A stretch of DNA of 64,000 nt from Octopus vulgaris (GCA_951406725.2 OX597836.1:19964001-20028000); one strand, 5' to 3'; shown: positions 27,167 through 41,344, counted from the first letter of the stretch. Numbers and translations: made by a program. Notes: generated from the sequence alone by a model not told the origin.

Positions 27167-27423
27167 CATACATACATGCATGCATACATAAGACGGGCTT
27201 CTTTCAGTGTCCGCCCTGGTGCTATAGTAGAAGACACTTGCCCAAGTTGCGGCGTTGTAGGATTGAACCCAAGATCACAGGGTTGGGAAGCAAATTTCTC
27301 GAAAACACATCCACACATAGTCCACCTTCATTTCAACTTACCTCACCCAATTCTTTTCCGTTCCTTACCCCTATTTTTCAGCTGTTGCCTCTTGTTTAGC
27401 TTTTTCCCCTTCCTCTTTCTTAT

Positions 27424-27960
27424 ACCTATTTCTTTATTACCCACAAGGGGCTAAACATAGAGGGGACAAACAAGGACAGACAGGTATTAAGTCGATTACA
27501 TCGAGCCCAGTGCGTAACTGGTACTTAATTTATCGACCCCGAAAGGATATACCTATTTCTTTACTACCCACAAGGGGCTAAACACAGAGGGGACAAACAA
27601 GGACAGATAAACGGATTGAGTCGGTAACCAGTGCGTAACTAGTACTTATTTAATCGACCCCGAAAGGATGAAAGGCAAAGTCGACCTCGGCGGAATTCGA
27701 ACTCAGAACGTAGCCGCAGACGAATTACCTATTTCTTTATTACCCACAAGGGGCTAAACACAGAGGGGACAAACAAGGACAGACATAGGTATTAAGTCGA
27801 TTACATCGACCCCAGGGCGTAACTGGTACTTAATTTATCGACCCCGAAAGGATGAAAGGCAAAGTCGACCTCGGCGGAATTCGAACTCAGAACGTAGCCG
27901 CAGACGAATTACCGCTAAATATTTCGCCCGGCGTGCTAACGTTTCTGCCAGCTCGCCACC
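27424..27960 (-). mobile_element. Head-to-tail array of three family C SINE units
   Basis: Tail motif tacctatttcttta recurs at ~27424, 27550 and 27727. Confidence 0.9.
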
Positions 27961-28344
27961 TCTTTCTTATATAGCCTTCACTTTTTTTGTTTTTCTTTCT
28001 TCTTTCCTTGGCACCAACCACTTGTTTTTTTTAAACTCCGCCCTTCCTCTTACCACTTCCTCCTTCCCCCACCAACTGTTCACATTTCTAACTACTACCA
28101 CCACCCTCGCCTCTAACCTTATTTCCTCTTTCCTCTCACTACTTGCAGTTTCCCATCCTGTCACAATATCTCTCTCGCTCTCTCTCTCTCTTTCCCTCAC
28201 CTACGGCCGTGTTTCCGTTCGCCTCATCTATTGTACACTTTAATTCGCTCCATTATACCCCCACTCTATTCCTCGCCCTCATTCTGATCCATTCCTGTAC
28301 TCATTCACCCTATTTTCCCATTGAGTTTCCTTCTCTTCTTTCTC

Positions 28345-29197
28345 TTTTTACTTGTTTCAGTCATTTTGACTGCGGCCATGCTGGTGCACCGCCTTTAATC
28401 GAGCAAATCGACCCCGTTGTTGTTGTTGTTGTTATTAACCGCCCCGGACAAATTGATTAAAGGCATTTAATCCGTCTGCACGTTCTGGGTTCAAATTCCG
28501 CCAAGGTTGTCTTTGCCTTACATCCTTTCGAAATCGATAAAATAAACCCAGTACTTATTTTATGGGTCTCTTTTGCCGAACCGCTAAGTGACGGGGACAT
28601 AAACACACCAGCATCGGTTGTCAAGCAATGCTAGGGGGACAAACACAGACACACAAACACACACACGCATACATATATATATATACATATAAGGGCGCGT
28701 GACTTAGTGGTTAGGGCATTCGGCTCATGATCGTAAGGTTGTGAGTTCGATTCCCGGCGACGCGTTGTGTCCTTGAGCAAGACACTTTATTTCACGTTGC
28801 TCCAGTCCACTCAGCTGGCAAAAATGAGTTGTACTTGTATTTCAAAGGGTCAGCCTTGTCACTCTCTGTGTCACGCTGATTATCCCCGAGAACTACGTTA
28901 AGGGTACACGTGTCTGTGGAATGCTCAGCCATTTGCACGTTAATTTCACGAGCAAGCTGTTCCGTTGATCGTATCAGCTGGGACCCTCGTCGTCGTAACC
29001 GGCGGAGTCTTCTAGTCTTCTATATATACATATATCCGACAGGCTTCTTTCAGTTTCCGTCTACCAAATCCACTCACAAGGCATTGGTCGGCCCGAGGCT
29101 ATAGCAGAAGACACTTGCCCAAGATGTCACGCAGTGGGAATGAACCCGGAACCATGTGGTTGGTAAGCAAGCTACTTACCACACAGCCACTCCTGCG

Positions 29198-29200
<3 letters not shown>
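28345..29200 (-). mobile_element. SINE family A with two nested insertions
   Basis: Tail at 28345, head at ~29200; interrupted at ~28415-28545 and 28692-29010. Confidence 0.88.
28692..29010 (+). mobile_element. tRNA-derived SINE family B, full length
   Basis: A box tgacttagtggttaggg, B box gagttcgattcc; CORE-like cttgagcaagacactt segment; tatatatacatata on both flanks. Confidence 0.88.
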
Positions 29201-29239
<39 letters not shown>

Positions 29240-29246
29240 CATATAT

Positions 29247-29405
29247 TCGACGGGCTTCTTTCAGTTTCCGTCTACCAAATCCACTCACAAGGCTTTGGTC
29301 GGCCTGAGGCTATAGTGGAAGACACTTGCCCAAGGTGCCACGCAGTGGGACTGAACCCGGAACCATGTGGTTGGTAAACAAGCTACTTACCACACAGCCA
29401 CTTCC
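29247..29405 (-). mobile_element. SINE family A, 5' half
   Basis: Head match. Confidence 0.88.
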
Positions 29406-29823
29406 TTCTAAATATTGCTTATATAAAGTGTGTGTATGCACGTGGGCGCCGGTGTACCTTTCGGTGTAAAATGTAAAAACGATCAACGAGAAATTCGATA
29501 AACTGGTTCTATCAAATGAAAATCCCCATGTGATATTTTCTCCGCCCGAGTTATGCAGACACTTCCTCATCATTCTTAGTGTTGTTGTTGTTGTTGTTGT
29601 TGTTGTTATTATTATTAACCGCCTGGGACAAATTGATTAAAGGCATTTAATCCGTCTGCACGTTCTGGGTTCAAATTCCGCCAAGGTTGGCTTTGCCTTA
29701 CATCCTTTCGAAATCGATAAAATAAGTACCAGCTGAGTACTTTCGTCGATGTAATCGACTTACACCCGCACCCAAATTGTTGGCCTTTTGCCAAAATTTG
29801 AAATCATGATCATGATCATCATG

Positions 29824-29873
<50 letters not shown>

Positions 29874-30399
29874 GTTTGACTTTTGCTTTACATTTGTACA
29901 AGTTGGCTCCAAGTCTCACCCAGAGATCTCAAGAGACAACAAGATGGAAGTTCGTATTAGTGTTGTTATTATTATTATTATTATTATGCTCCCGTTGGCT
30001 TTTATGGGTTTTTCCACCAGGAACCTTTCGAAGCGCCTCCCCCTATTGGGAGTTTTTCATTGTTATAATTTTTGATTGTTACACTGTTTTTACATGGTTT
30101 TTTACAATCGGACAAAACACTTTGTAACCTTTCGTCCTGTTTTGTCCCTTTTTGTTATAATTAATTTTTGTCAGCCCTTGTGGCCAATAAAAGAATTAAT
30201 TATTATTATTATTATTATTATTAAGACGGCAAATTGGCAGAATTGTTCTGAGTTCAAATTCCGCCGATGTCATCTCTGTCTTTCATCGTTTCTGGGTCGA
30301 TAAAATAAGTTCCAGTCGAACACTGGGGTCGATGTAATCGACTTAACCCCTCCCCCAAAATTGCTGCCCCTATGGCAAAATTTAAAACCATTATTATCA

Positions 30400-30930
30400 T
30401 TGTTGTTGTTATTTACTTTTAATCTGCATGTTTGTTGCTATCACTTGTCGAGACACACCCAGCGCCCTAGAGCAAGTGGAGTATAGAAGATGTTACAATA
30501 TAACTGAAAGCCTCGCGAGGGGAGTGGCAGGGGTCTCCATGTAATACAACACAGACATTTAAATTGACAGGGCTTTTCTAAGAATATGAGCAGTACTTGT
30601 CAGTACGATCTTTTGGATTTGAGACATGGTTCGCCTGGGATGTTGTCTAGATGTTTCTGACAGCCCCCTCCCCCCACCTTTTTTTGTCATATCTAAGACA
30701 CTTACAATAACAGAAACAGTTTTTGCTTTAAGATTCCACATCTTTTGCATTTCAATTTCTAGGTCCTTGTATTTATTTTGTCAAATTCCTTGACAGATAT
30801 ATTTTTATCAGTGGGAACACTTACATCTATTAGTCTACAAGTATTTTCTTCCCAGTCTTTATTATGTCTGGTCGAAAAGCCTGGATCGTTCTGTCAGTGT
30901 TAACTGGAAAATCCTAGAGGATAGTGACAT
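30400..30930 (-). pseudogene. R4/Dong-like (RLE-type) LINE C-terminus plus 3' UTR
   Basis: DFPVNTDRTIQAFRPDII, KEFDKINKYKDLEIEMQKMW and IQKIVLTSTAHILRKAL: restriction-like endonuclease region. Confidence 0.85.
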
Positions 30931-31199
30931 TTTTACATACACTTATATAAGCAATATTTAGAAGGAAACTCAATGCTATATTGCATGGTAGTATAAGTAA
31001 TATGTATATATGTATTTCTGTGTGTGTGCGTGTATGAATATGTACATATAAGTATATGTATGTGTATTGTGTGTGTGTGATTGTTTTTGTGTGCTACCCA
31101 ATAAATTCTAATCATTTTCATGATATTTTACGTCTAATTTTTTCTTTGTATAATAGTACGCGTTTAGTAAATATTGCTTTCATTATTTTATCACAGTCA

Positions 31200-32690
31200 C
31201 AATCTCTTTTTTAAACAAACATCAAGGTAGTTCAACTACGTTTAGTGCTCAAAAAAATAGCAGCGATAACATAAGAGATATTTTAATGCCTATAGTGTAT
31301 CAAATAGCTATAGCAACAAATTCACTTGATAATTCTTAGATATCGACAGAAAGGAAATGACACATGAGTTCGAAGCTTCAGTAAGTTTTGATAAGTTGCC
31401 CGATATAATTTTTTTCCAGTACGAATAAACAATAAACTGAGGGCATTTATACAGCGAATTTAAGTCAACAAAATACCTGATTTGCTCATCTGAAATAACG
31501 AAATAAAACTTGCAATCTAAAAATTGCAATGAATATATATATTAAATAAATTATTATTAATGACAGCAATTAGAGGCGTGAGAGAGAGTGAGAGACAGTG
31601 TTCCAAATGAAAACGAAAAATTTCGCCAGAACATAATATTCTTTTCTATTCTACTTTAGGCATAAGGCCCGAAATTTTGGGGGAGGGGGCCAGTCGATTA
31701 GATCGACCTCAGTTCGCAACTAGTACTTAATTTATCGACCCCGAAAGGATGAAAGGCAAAGTTGACCTTGGCGGCCAGAACATAATATTGTCTATCAAAT
31801 GTTAAAACCTACTCTGCAGTGAACGTAAAGCTTGGCAACGAATATTCAAATTTGTGATGTAAACTGCAATTTTATCGATATGTATTAACAGAGGAATTAT
31901 AAAAATTATAGTCAAACGTATAAAAGCTCGTTGAAAAGTATCTTGAAACGAATATTTAAATTTATGAACTTGAAATATTCAATAATAAAAGTAAGTTCAG
32001 AAAGTAAATTTTCCTGAAAACTTCAATTTATGAAAAATCTTGGTAAATATTTATTTTAGTAATTTATCGTATTTGTAATATATCTCTAATTTAAACAAAC
32101 TTCAAGGTAGCCCAACTACATTTAGCGTGCTAGAAATAGCAGCAATCACATAGTTATTATTGCAAGGCTTATAGCTTTCCTAACAACCATACCCAAAAAA
32201 TCACTTCTTAATTTTAAAAAGAAATTATACCGGTATATTAAAAAAACAACTTAATTTTATCAAAACTATTCATAAACAAACTCCGGAAACTGATATTATT
32301 CTTGTGCCTCGTATGATAAGCCTCAAAGTTATACAGCTATTTTGTCTAATAGCATTCATCCATTCAATAAATAATTTTTTTTCATTACGTATATAAACTG
32401 TGGTTTTGCAAATAAACTGTGGGTTTTGTAAGTAGCGAATTAAAACTTGAAATGAAAACATTGAAATGAATATATATTAATTTATCATTAATGAAAATAG
32501 AAGTGAGAAAGAGCGAGAGACTATTATTGCAAATGAAAAATATTGATTATTAAACATTAAAATCTACTCTGCAGTGTATGCAACGAATATTAAAATTTGG
32601 GGAAAATTCGTAGTTCAAATATTCAATAAACTTCAGAAATAGAAATTACAGGAAATTTCTTAGAACATGAATTTATAAAAAAAAGTTCCA
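31200..32690. repeat. Old diverged tandem duplication (~880 bp spacing)
   Basis: ttaaacaaac.tcaaggtag at 31211 and 32091; tactctgcagtg in both units; SINE insertion with 16-bp TSD gccagaacataatatt in the first unit only. Confidence 0.7.
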
Positions 32691-32767
32691 GACGGACAAG
32701 CCTTTAATAATTGCTTTCTTTTAGTAACCATTAAAATATAGAAGAAGCTTTCTCCATTAATATATAG

Positions 32768-32815
<48 letters not shown>

Positions 32816-33039
32816 GGATGTTGCTTTGTTTCGCCCGGAAATCTTGCAGGTGGTGTCCAGTTGGAATTTTCTTCAGGTTGAGTAGCCCATCTCGCTCAAA
32901 AAGTCCCCGAATACTCTTCTTTCTGTAACTGTCGCAATATACGTTTCTACTATAGGCACAAATCCTAAAATTTTTTTTGGAGGTGGGGAGAGGGCCTGTC
33001 AGTTAGATTGATCCCAGCACGCAACTTGTACTTAAAATA

Positions 33040-33332
33040 TTGACCCCAAAAGGATGAATCGCAGAATTTGAACTCAGAACGTACAGACAGACGAAATGCA
33101 TATTTCTTTACTACCCACAAGGGGCTAAACACAGGAGGGGACAAACAAGGACAGACAAACGGATTAAGTCGATTACATCGACTCCAGTGCGTAACTGGTA
33201 CTTATTTAATCGACCCCGAAAGGATGAAAGGCAAAGTTGACCTCGGCGGAATTTGAACTCAGAACGTAGCGACAGACGAAATACCGCTAAGCATTTCGCC
33301 CGGTATGCCAACGATTCTGCCAGCTCGCTGCC
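33040..33332 (-). mobile_element. SINE family C plus partial tandem unit
   Basis: Matches C consensus seen elsewhere in the window. Confidence 0.88.
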
Positions 33333-33440
33333 TCTAACTGTCAAAATATAGAAACATTTCTCATTGCACCAGCACACAGTTTACGGATTCTTACATTCTT
33401 CACATTTTCCATAGATTTTTCACGGGTTCTGGTAGTTATT

Positions 33441-33525
<85 letters not shown>

Positions 33526-33759
33526 CTATTGGGTGAGAGAGCGGTGCATGCCATCAAAGTGACGCTGGGGTACAAATATATGAAATCCAATATACCCATC
33601 ATTACTACCCGTACACCAGACCCATGCATCACAACTTTGCCTTTGTCCTTTCGAGAAGATAAAATAAGTAACACTTAAGTTCTGGGGTTCGATGATATCA
33701 ACTAGCTACCTCCTCCAAAATTCCAGGCCTTGTGCCTATAGTAGACAGACCTATTATCA

Positions 33760-33838
33760 TTATATCACGTTGAAAAAAATCCGTTCTCATCCCATCACTT
33801 CTATAAAGTATTCAGACGGAAAAACCCAGATGCTGTTT
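33760..33838 (+). pseudogene. Decayed 5S rRNA-like fragment
   Basis: atatcacgttgaaaa...cgttctcatcccatcac...gatgctgt resembles invertebrate 5S rRNA with deletions. Confidence 0.45.
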
Positions 33839-33888
33839 CTATATAATACCTTGTTTTAATTATTGTGTATTTAAATAATCTTTTACCC

Positions 33889-34131
33889 CAGTCCCTGTCA
33901 AAAAGCGTCGAGGGCTTAAGGTTCCACCATTATCTACAATGATATACTAAAAATTCATCATAGCGTCCTTCTCTCGGGCGTGTGCCCGGGGCTTTCTCTT
34001 GACGCGGAGCCCAATTCGAACAAATTTTGTCTAATTGGCTTAAAACCGACTCTGGTCGAGACTACCAAACTTGGAAGCGGTATGATAAAGGGTAAAGGAC
34101 GAAACTCTTCGCCCTGAAATCATTTTGTCAA
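33889..34131 (+). repeat. Unclassified ~245-bp dispersed repeat
   Basis: Homologous to ~38700-38943 on the opposite strand. Confidence 0.8.
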
Positions 34132-34617
34132 CATTTTACTCCTCGCCGTTGCATAACATGTGTGCCCTACAACACCCTCTTATTGTGAGCGCCGTTATTT
34201 TAACCCTTTATATTTTATATGCATGAATGATGAACAGTGCTTTGATTACAACTAATGACCCACCAATGGGAGGTTGTTACAGTTCTAAATTGAAACATCG
34301 AATGATCGTCGGACACGGCCTGTTTGCATCAATTCCTCCAAGTCAAAGTTTCATTCACCTAAAATAAATAAAGAGGCGGCTTCTCCTTTCAAGTGTAACT
34401 GATCTCATAAAAGAAACTGAACTCAACTGTCCCCAGTGACTATATAAATAATTGATCGGTAGAATCATCTGTGCATCGGATACAATACTTAGTGGTATTT
34501 ATTTCGTTTCATGTTTTTGAGTTCAGATCCCGCTGAGGTCAACTTTGTCTTTCATTCTTTCATCCTTCCGCAGTTTAGAAAATTAAGTATCAGACAAATA
34601 CTGCTGTAGATATATAT

Positions 34618-34844
34618 ATTTCTTTACTACCCACAAGGGGCTAAACACAGAGGGGACAAACAAGGACAGACAAAGGGATTAAGTCGATTACATCGACCCC
34701 AGTGCGTAACTGGTACTTAATTTATCGACCCCGAAAGGATGAAAGGCAAAGTCGACCTCGGCGGAATTTGAACTCGGAACGTAACGACAGACGAAATACG
34801 GCTACGAATTTCGCCCGGCTTGCTAACGTTTCTACCAGCTCGCC
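34618..34844 (-). mobile_element. SINE family C nested in an older SINE
   Basis: TSD tactgctgtagatata on both sides. Confidence 0.92.
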
Positions 34845-34993
34845 TACTGCTGTAGATATAAGCGATTGTTCCTCTCATCTAGATATCTGGCTTTGTGTCT
34901 ATGACGGAATTCTCAGAGCAGCAGATTGGCAGACTCGCTAGCCAGCTCGAGAAAAAACAGCTTGCAGTATTTGTTCTGGCTCTTTACGTTCTG

Positions 34994-35403
34994 GGATCTT
35001 TTCGGTTTGAACGGCAGTTTTTAACATAATTTCTAGCTAACTAAAAAATTTTAAACTTCGTATACTGATAGAATGTGTTTATAAAACATCTTTTTCTCTT
35101 GGCTTTCTTGAGAAAATTCTATAGTTTGTAAGATATTTGTTGTTGTTTTTCTTCAATTTCTGCAATTTCAACCAATCAGTGACGTCTATTGAGTTAAAAA
35201 GCATTCTGTGCCGTATGAATATGTCCCTCGTTTAAGAAACACATTGGGTTTATTTACATTTGTGAGGAGAAAAAAAACCCTTCCCCCTCCCCTAACCCTA
35301 AAAGAAATTGAAATGCAATAGATCGATTCTAGGGTCATAATTATGGGTGACAATTTTATATGACACCGCTAGAAAAAAACTGCCGTTCAAACCGAAAATA
35401 TCC
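34994..35403. mobile_element. Merlin-like MITE, second family
   Basis: TIRs ggatcttttcggtttgaacggcagttttt / aaaaactgccgttcaaaccgaaaatatcc; 8-bp TSD acgttctg. Confidence 0.85.
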
Positions 35404-35942
35404 ACGTTCTGTGTTCAAATCCCGCCTAGAATTTACCTTTCGTTCTTCAGAAACCCCCCCCCCCATCAAGTGTTGTGTTTGTTTCTTTTTTTTTTTTTTT
35501 TAATAATATTTCTTAAACAAAAACGTAATTTCTTACGGACAATTCTTAGAGTGTCCGCCTTTGATGGTTAAAATGTTTGGAGTATTCTCACGAGAACCAG
35601 AAATGAAATGGAAAATGCGTGCTTGAAACAACAGTTTTTGTACGTATTGCTCGCACGAGTAAGTTTTAGAAAAATACACGCAAAGATAAACGTTTTCTGG
35701 ATAACTTCTGTCTATTTCAAAACATCTTCAAACAAATAAATAAAGACAAAAAAGGCTCGGCTTACCAACTGACTAATAGGAAACGTGAAATTGGGAGTAC
35801 TGGAAATTATAAACCTTTAAGTTGTAATGTGATTAAAGAATATATGTATATAATTTGGTGATTTATCGCATGTTGTTGAATCGACAGAAATTTCTATGTA
35901 TGTATGTATGTATGTATGTAAGTATGTATGTATGTATGTATG

Positions 35943-35974
<32 letters not shown>

Positions 35975-36082
35975 CATGTATGTATGCATGTATGTGTGTA
36001 TGTGTGTATGTATGTATGTGTGTATGTATGTATTTATGTATGTATGTATGTATGTGTGTGTGTGCGTGCGTGCGTGCGTACG

Positions 36083-36161
<79 letters not shown>

Positions 36162-36182
36162 ATATATATATATATATATATA

Positions 36183-36368
36183 CAGTGTGGGCCAAAAATC
36201 ACGCACAAAATAAATTCAATATGCTCCGAAATTGTCAAAAACATGATTCAATTTTCCTGAAATTGAACAAAATAAATAAAATAATGATGGAACTACACGT
36301 ACTTGCACATGATGTACAACGTAATATAAATAAAATGTCATGTTTTGGTCTGTGATTTATGGCCCACC
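36183..36368. mobile_element. Tc1/mariner-like MITE
   Basis: Imperfect TIRs cagtgtgggccaaaaatcac / gtgatttatggcccac within (TA)n. Confidence 0.6.
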
Positions 36369-37065
36369 TATATATATATATATATATATATATATCATAT
36401 CATATCATATATATCATATATATATATATATATATATATATGATATGATATAATATATATGATATGATATGATATACATATATGTACATATTCATACACA
36501 CATCTTTCTAAAGTATAAGTCTTACATTATTAGTATGGTGAAGTAGTTAACCGCTTGGGTGAAAACACAACTATGTATGTGTATAAATATGCAACTGATC
36601 TAAGGGGAGTACTTCTTAACTATGATGTATTGGCACTATCCAATTCGGACTTAGAGGTAAAACTAGATGCGTACTCCTCTCATATGCATACTAATCCAAT
36701 TATTCATCTTTCACACCGGATCTTAATGCTGTATAGATATTGTAACCATACTGGTTCTATTAATTGAGCTATCGTATTGATTTACTAGCTGTTGGTCAAA
36801 TACATATATTGGTTTCTTTTCGGTATAGCTATTTCGATACTCGTCGAACCGTTCCCTCCAAGCTGTTTCCCCTATACGAGATTCAGTGAAGTTTGCAACA
36901 ATTCTTCTCTGAATTCTTTGAACAATGCTTCCCTGAACCTTTTACAGTAAACTATATTTCTTATTTGCAATTAATATGTAGGCTTGTAGCACATCTTTGC
37001 ATTTTTTCCTACAGGCGTGCGAATCAAAGGTGAAAGAATTTACAAATTATAGATATACATGTATA

Positions 37066-37229
37066 GGCGTAGGAGTGGCTGTGTGGTAAGTAGCTTGCTT
37101 ACCAACCACATGGTCCTGGGTTCAGTCCCACTGCGTGGCACCTTGGGCAAAGTGTCTTCTACTATGGCCTCGGGCCGACCAAAGCCTTGTGAGTGGATTT
37201 GGTAGACGGAAACTGAAAGAAGCCCGTCG

Positions 37230-37289
<60 letters not shown>

Positions 37290-37529
37290 TGTGTGTGTAT
37301 GTGCGTGTGTTCGTGTGTCTGTGTTTGTCCTCCCAACATCGCTTGACAACCGATGCTGGTGTGTTTACGCCCCCGTAACTTAGCGGTTCGGCAAAAGAGA
37401 CCGATAGAATAAGTACTGGGCTTACAAAGAATAAGTCCCGCGGTCGAATTGCTCGACTAAAGGCGGTGCTCCAGCACGGCCGCAGTCAAATGACTGAAAC
37501 AAGTAAAAGAGTAAAAGAGAGTAAAGAGT
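37066..37529 (+). mobile_element. SINE family A, full length
   Basis: Head, microsatellite and tail present. Confidence 0.93.
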
Positions 37530-38446
37530 ATCTGTTTGATATTTTCTCTACACGATTTTTAATATTAAGATTAGTATAAGGCCGCAAGCTGGCAGAATCT
37601 TCAGCACTGTGGGGAAAATGCTTATCTGCAGAGGTCGACTTTGCCTTTCATCCTTATGGAGTCGATAACATAAGTACCAGTTGAGTACTGGGATCGATGT
37701 AATCGACTTATCTTCCCCTGCCCCGAATCTGTTGGCCTTGTGCCAAAATTTAGAATCAATATTAAGATTAATTTTTTTTCAAGGATCTTCTTAAATCTGT
37801 TATCTATTTTCCTATTGGGAGTGGCATCTACTAATATTGTACCATCAACTGTTTTGTTATCATAACACATAAAGGCCTCAGCTTTTTTTATTTTTCCCAC
37901 ATCAAATCTGTTCCCAAAGCGTGTTATCATTTACAGGGAATATGCCATCTGCATCATTATTTTTTCTAGAATATTTTCAAACCTTTTGTCGGCTCCCTTT
38001 CACACCCTGGCCCTACCCTTTTGTGTGTAACCAGAAAACTGCACATAAAAGATAAAACATTCGAACTGCTTCCGCTCTTCATAAGTGTAGCACAGTTGTT
38101 ACACATTCCACATTAGTCCTTGAGGTTCGCTATAACAATCTTCAGTTTGGTAGTTTCCGGTATAACAGTCTTTCTTCACCAGTGAATTTGCCATGCTTTT
38201 TTTTTTTGTTATAATAGCGGAATTTGCACGGTCTGGTGGCTTCGTTGGCGATAATGCTTTCTACCTGCAATTCAGGGTCCGATATGGGGCTAATCTCCTA
38301 CAGGGGTGTCTTGAATCTGAGGACAGACATCATGTGATGCAACCAGTTTGGGACGTGTACTATCAGTTCAGTAATAATTTGCATACAGGTGTATGTATGT
38401 ATGTATGTATGTATTTGTCTGTGCGCATGTTATGCATGTGTGTGTG

Positions 38447-38495
<49 letters not shown>

Positions 38496-38597
38496 GTTCT
38501 TGACTGAAGATTAGAGGCTTCGAATGACCCGTCCGTGTTTTTTGTATCGTTTATTTGAATGTTTTGCGTTCTTGTCCCATTTTGTATTTATATATAA

Positions 38598-38681
<84 letters not shown>

Positions 38682-38699
38682 TATTTATAATTGGCAGAA

Positions 38700-38943
38700 G
38701 TTACAAAGTGATTTCAGGGAGAAGAGTTTCGTCCATACCCCTTATCATACCGCTTCCAAGTTTGGTAGTCTCAACCAGAGTCGGTTTTAAGCCAATTAGA
38801 CAAATTTGTTCGAATTGGGCTCCGCGCCAAGAGAAAGCCCCGTGCACACGCTCGAGCTAAGAACGCAATGATGAATTTTTAGTATATCATTGTAGATAAT
38901 GGTGGAAACTTAAGCCTTCAACGCTTTTTTTTTACTGAGACTG
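38700..38943 (-). repeat. Second copy of the unclassified ~245-bp repeat
   Basis: Reverse-complement match to 33889-34131. Confidence 0.8.
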
Positions 38944-39069
38944 GCGTATTATACAAAACATAAAAACATCAATCTTCAGATTTTGTAGTGTACAGGGGTC
39001 CACAGACAATTCTCTAATTGGGTCCCGCGCTACCTAGAACTAACCTTGCTCTCAACTACCAAACTCACA

Positions 39070-39146
<77 letters not shown>

Positions 39147-39282
39147 GTGTGACAAATTGTGTGGTGTAGAAAAAAAAGATAAGATGCTTAAGAGTACAAA
39201 ATGTGATTGTGGAGAGGGATATAGCTAAGCCCGTTGATAGCAAAGACATAACATCCATATTATGGTTTCACAGAAGCATCTA

Positions 39283-39313
<31 letters not shown>

Positions 39314-39783
39314 TCCATTCTATTTCTGAATCTTCGTGTGTGCGCGCGCGTGCACGTACATGTGTGTGTGTGTGTGAGTTCGTATGTGTGCGTGTGCGTG
39401 TGGATGAATCTCCGCTGGCATACTCGACGATATTTTAATCCTTCAATCAATAAAATCATCTACTTATTCATTGGTAAGTGGCTGTGTATACCTCAAATGT
39501 GTGTGACAAGGCTGAACTTTCTCAATTATTGTTATAATCCACCTGACACTTCCGTACAGTTTCCGTCAAACTAATTTCATTCACATGGCTTAAATCGACT
39601 TGAGGCGATGGCAAAGAACCTTGCCCAAGATTCCGCGTACAGGGATCGAACTTGCAACCGTGCGGTTGCGAAGTGAATTTGTTGGCCATTCAACCATTCT
39701 GCGTGTGTCGCCCTCTGAATATACATTCATACATACATAAAGATATATGTACAGAGATGTGTGCGTGACGGGTGTATACACAT

Positions 39784-39809
<26 letters not shown>

Positions 39810-39825
<16 letters not shown>

Positions 39826-40199
39826 TGAAGTTGTCTGTGTATGGCAGGTTTGGTAGCTTTCAACTAACACTTCTCCGACGAGACCCTGCGGCACAAGTTG
39901 ACCAAAATTGAGAGTATGATAGAAGAAGGCTTGCTCTTCCTTCCGTAGAAGAAAAAATTCAAATAGGACCATGTTAACACCAAAAATTATTTACATCAAA
40001 ATGGTGCTTTTTTTTCTATGAAAATCCCTATTTTTTACGATTTTTTGACTGCTGTATCGCCATTTTTCGGTGTATTTCAACCAGAAAAATGTTCACTTAA
40101 AGAGAATAACAAGCTACATAATGCGAAATATTTACTTTTCAAAAATTCCAATTCTAAATGGTCGAAACAAACCCGGGCAACGCCGGGCGATACTACTAA
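39810..40199 (+). mobile_element. Non-autonomous Helitron, third family
   Basis: Homologous to 61783-62154; cccgggcaacgccggg hairpin and CTAA|T end. Confidence 0.82.
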
Positions 40200-40413
40200 T
40201 ATATATTTACGGCTGAAGAGAATCGAGTGATTTTGGCGCTAAATTCGAAATCACAATATCAGGTAAACTGGCATTCCTTCTTGTTTTTTTTTTGCAAAAG
40301 TAAGACATAATCCTTATTCACTTTTTTTTTCAACCATGCCTGTAAAAATTTGGTGTTAATTCTTGTGGCTTATGATCCTTATTCTTAGCTAAGCTGGTGC
40401 TTCTTAGTGCTCT

Positions 40414-40508
<95 letters not shown>

Positions 40509-40635
40509 ATATATGTATATATATATATACATATACATATACATATATATTTATATATGTATATATGTATATATATATTTATATATCTATTAATTTTGCA
40601 GCCATTAATATTATCATTGCTTATGAGTAATAATA

Positions 40636-40712
<77 letters not shown>

Positions 40713-40720
40713 TATGTATG

Positions 40721-40774
<54 letters not shown>

Positions 40775-40880
40775 AGCACTTAAATGCAAAACAAGGTAGA
40801 AAAAATAGTAATATGCTTTTTTTTTTAATTAAAGCTGTGATGTTCTTGCAGCTTGAATATTAAAAGCATATATGCATATA

Positions 40881-40916
<36 letters not shown>

Positions 40917-41051
40917 TGTATATAGATAGATAGAGAGATATAGATAGACATGTATACATATAATACACATATACATACCTATATACATACATGTATATAA
41001 GTATATATACATATATACAAGTATTTCCACCTGCCTTCGTCTTTTGTTTAT

Positions 41052-41115
<64 letters not shown>

Positions 41116-41134
41116 GTATATATATGTATAAATA

Positions 41135-41190
<56 letters not shown>

Positions 41191-41344
41191 CACATGCATA
41201 TGTGACACAGCATATAGATAGAAAAAAAAAATTCGACTGAAATGGACAAAAAGGAAATGTATATGTCAAGTATAGGAAATATCATCGGAAATTTGCAAGA
41301 ATTTTTGAGAATTTTAGAGAAAGAGAAATAGTCACACCCCTTAC

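Noticed and set aside
27424-27960. Repeat array superficially like CRISPR
   Set aside because: Tandem SINE units without unique spacers or cas genes, in eukaryotic DNA
38492-38590. CTGAAGA...GAA next to (TA)n
   Set aside because: No consistent three-stem fold
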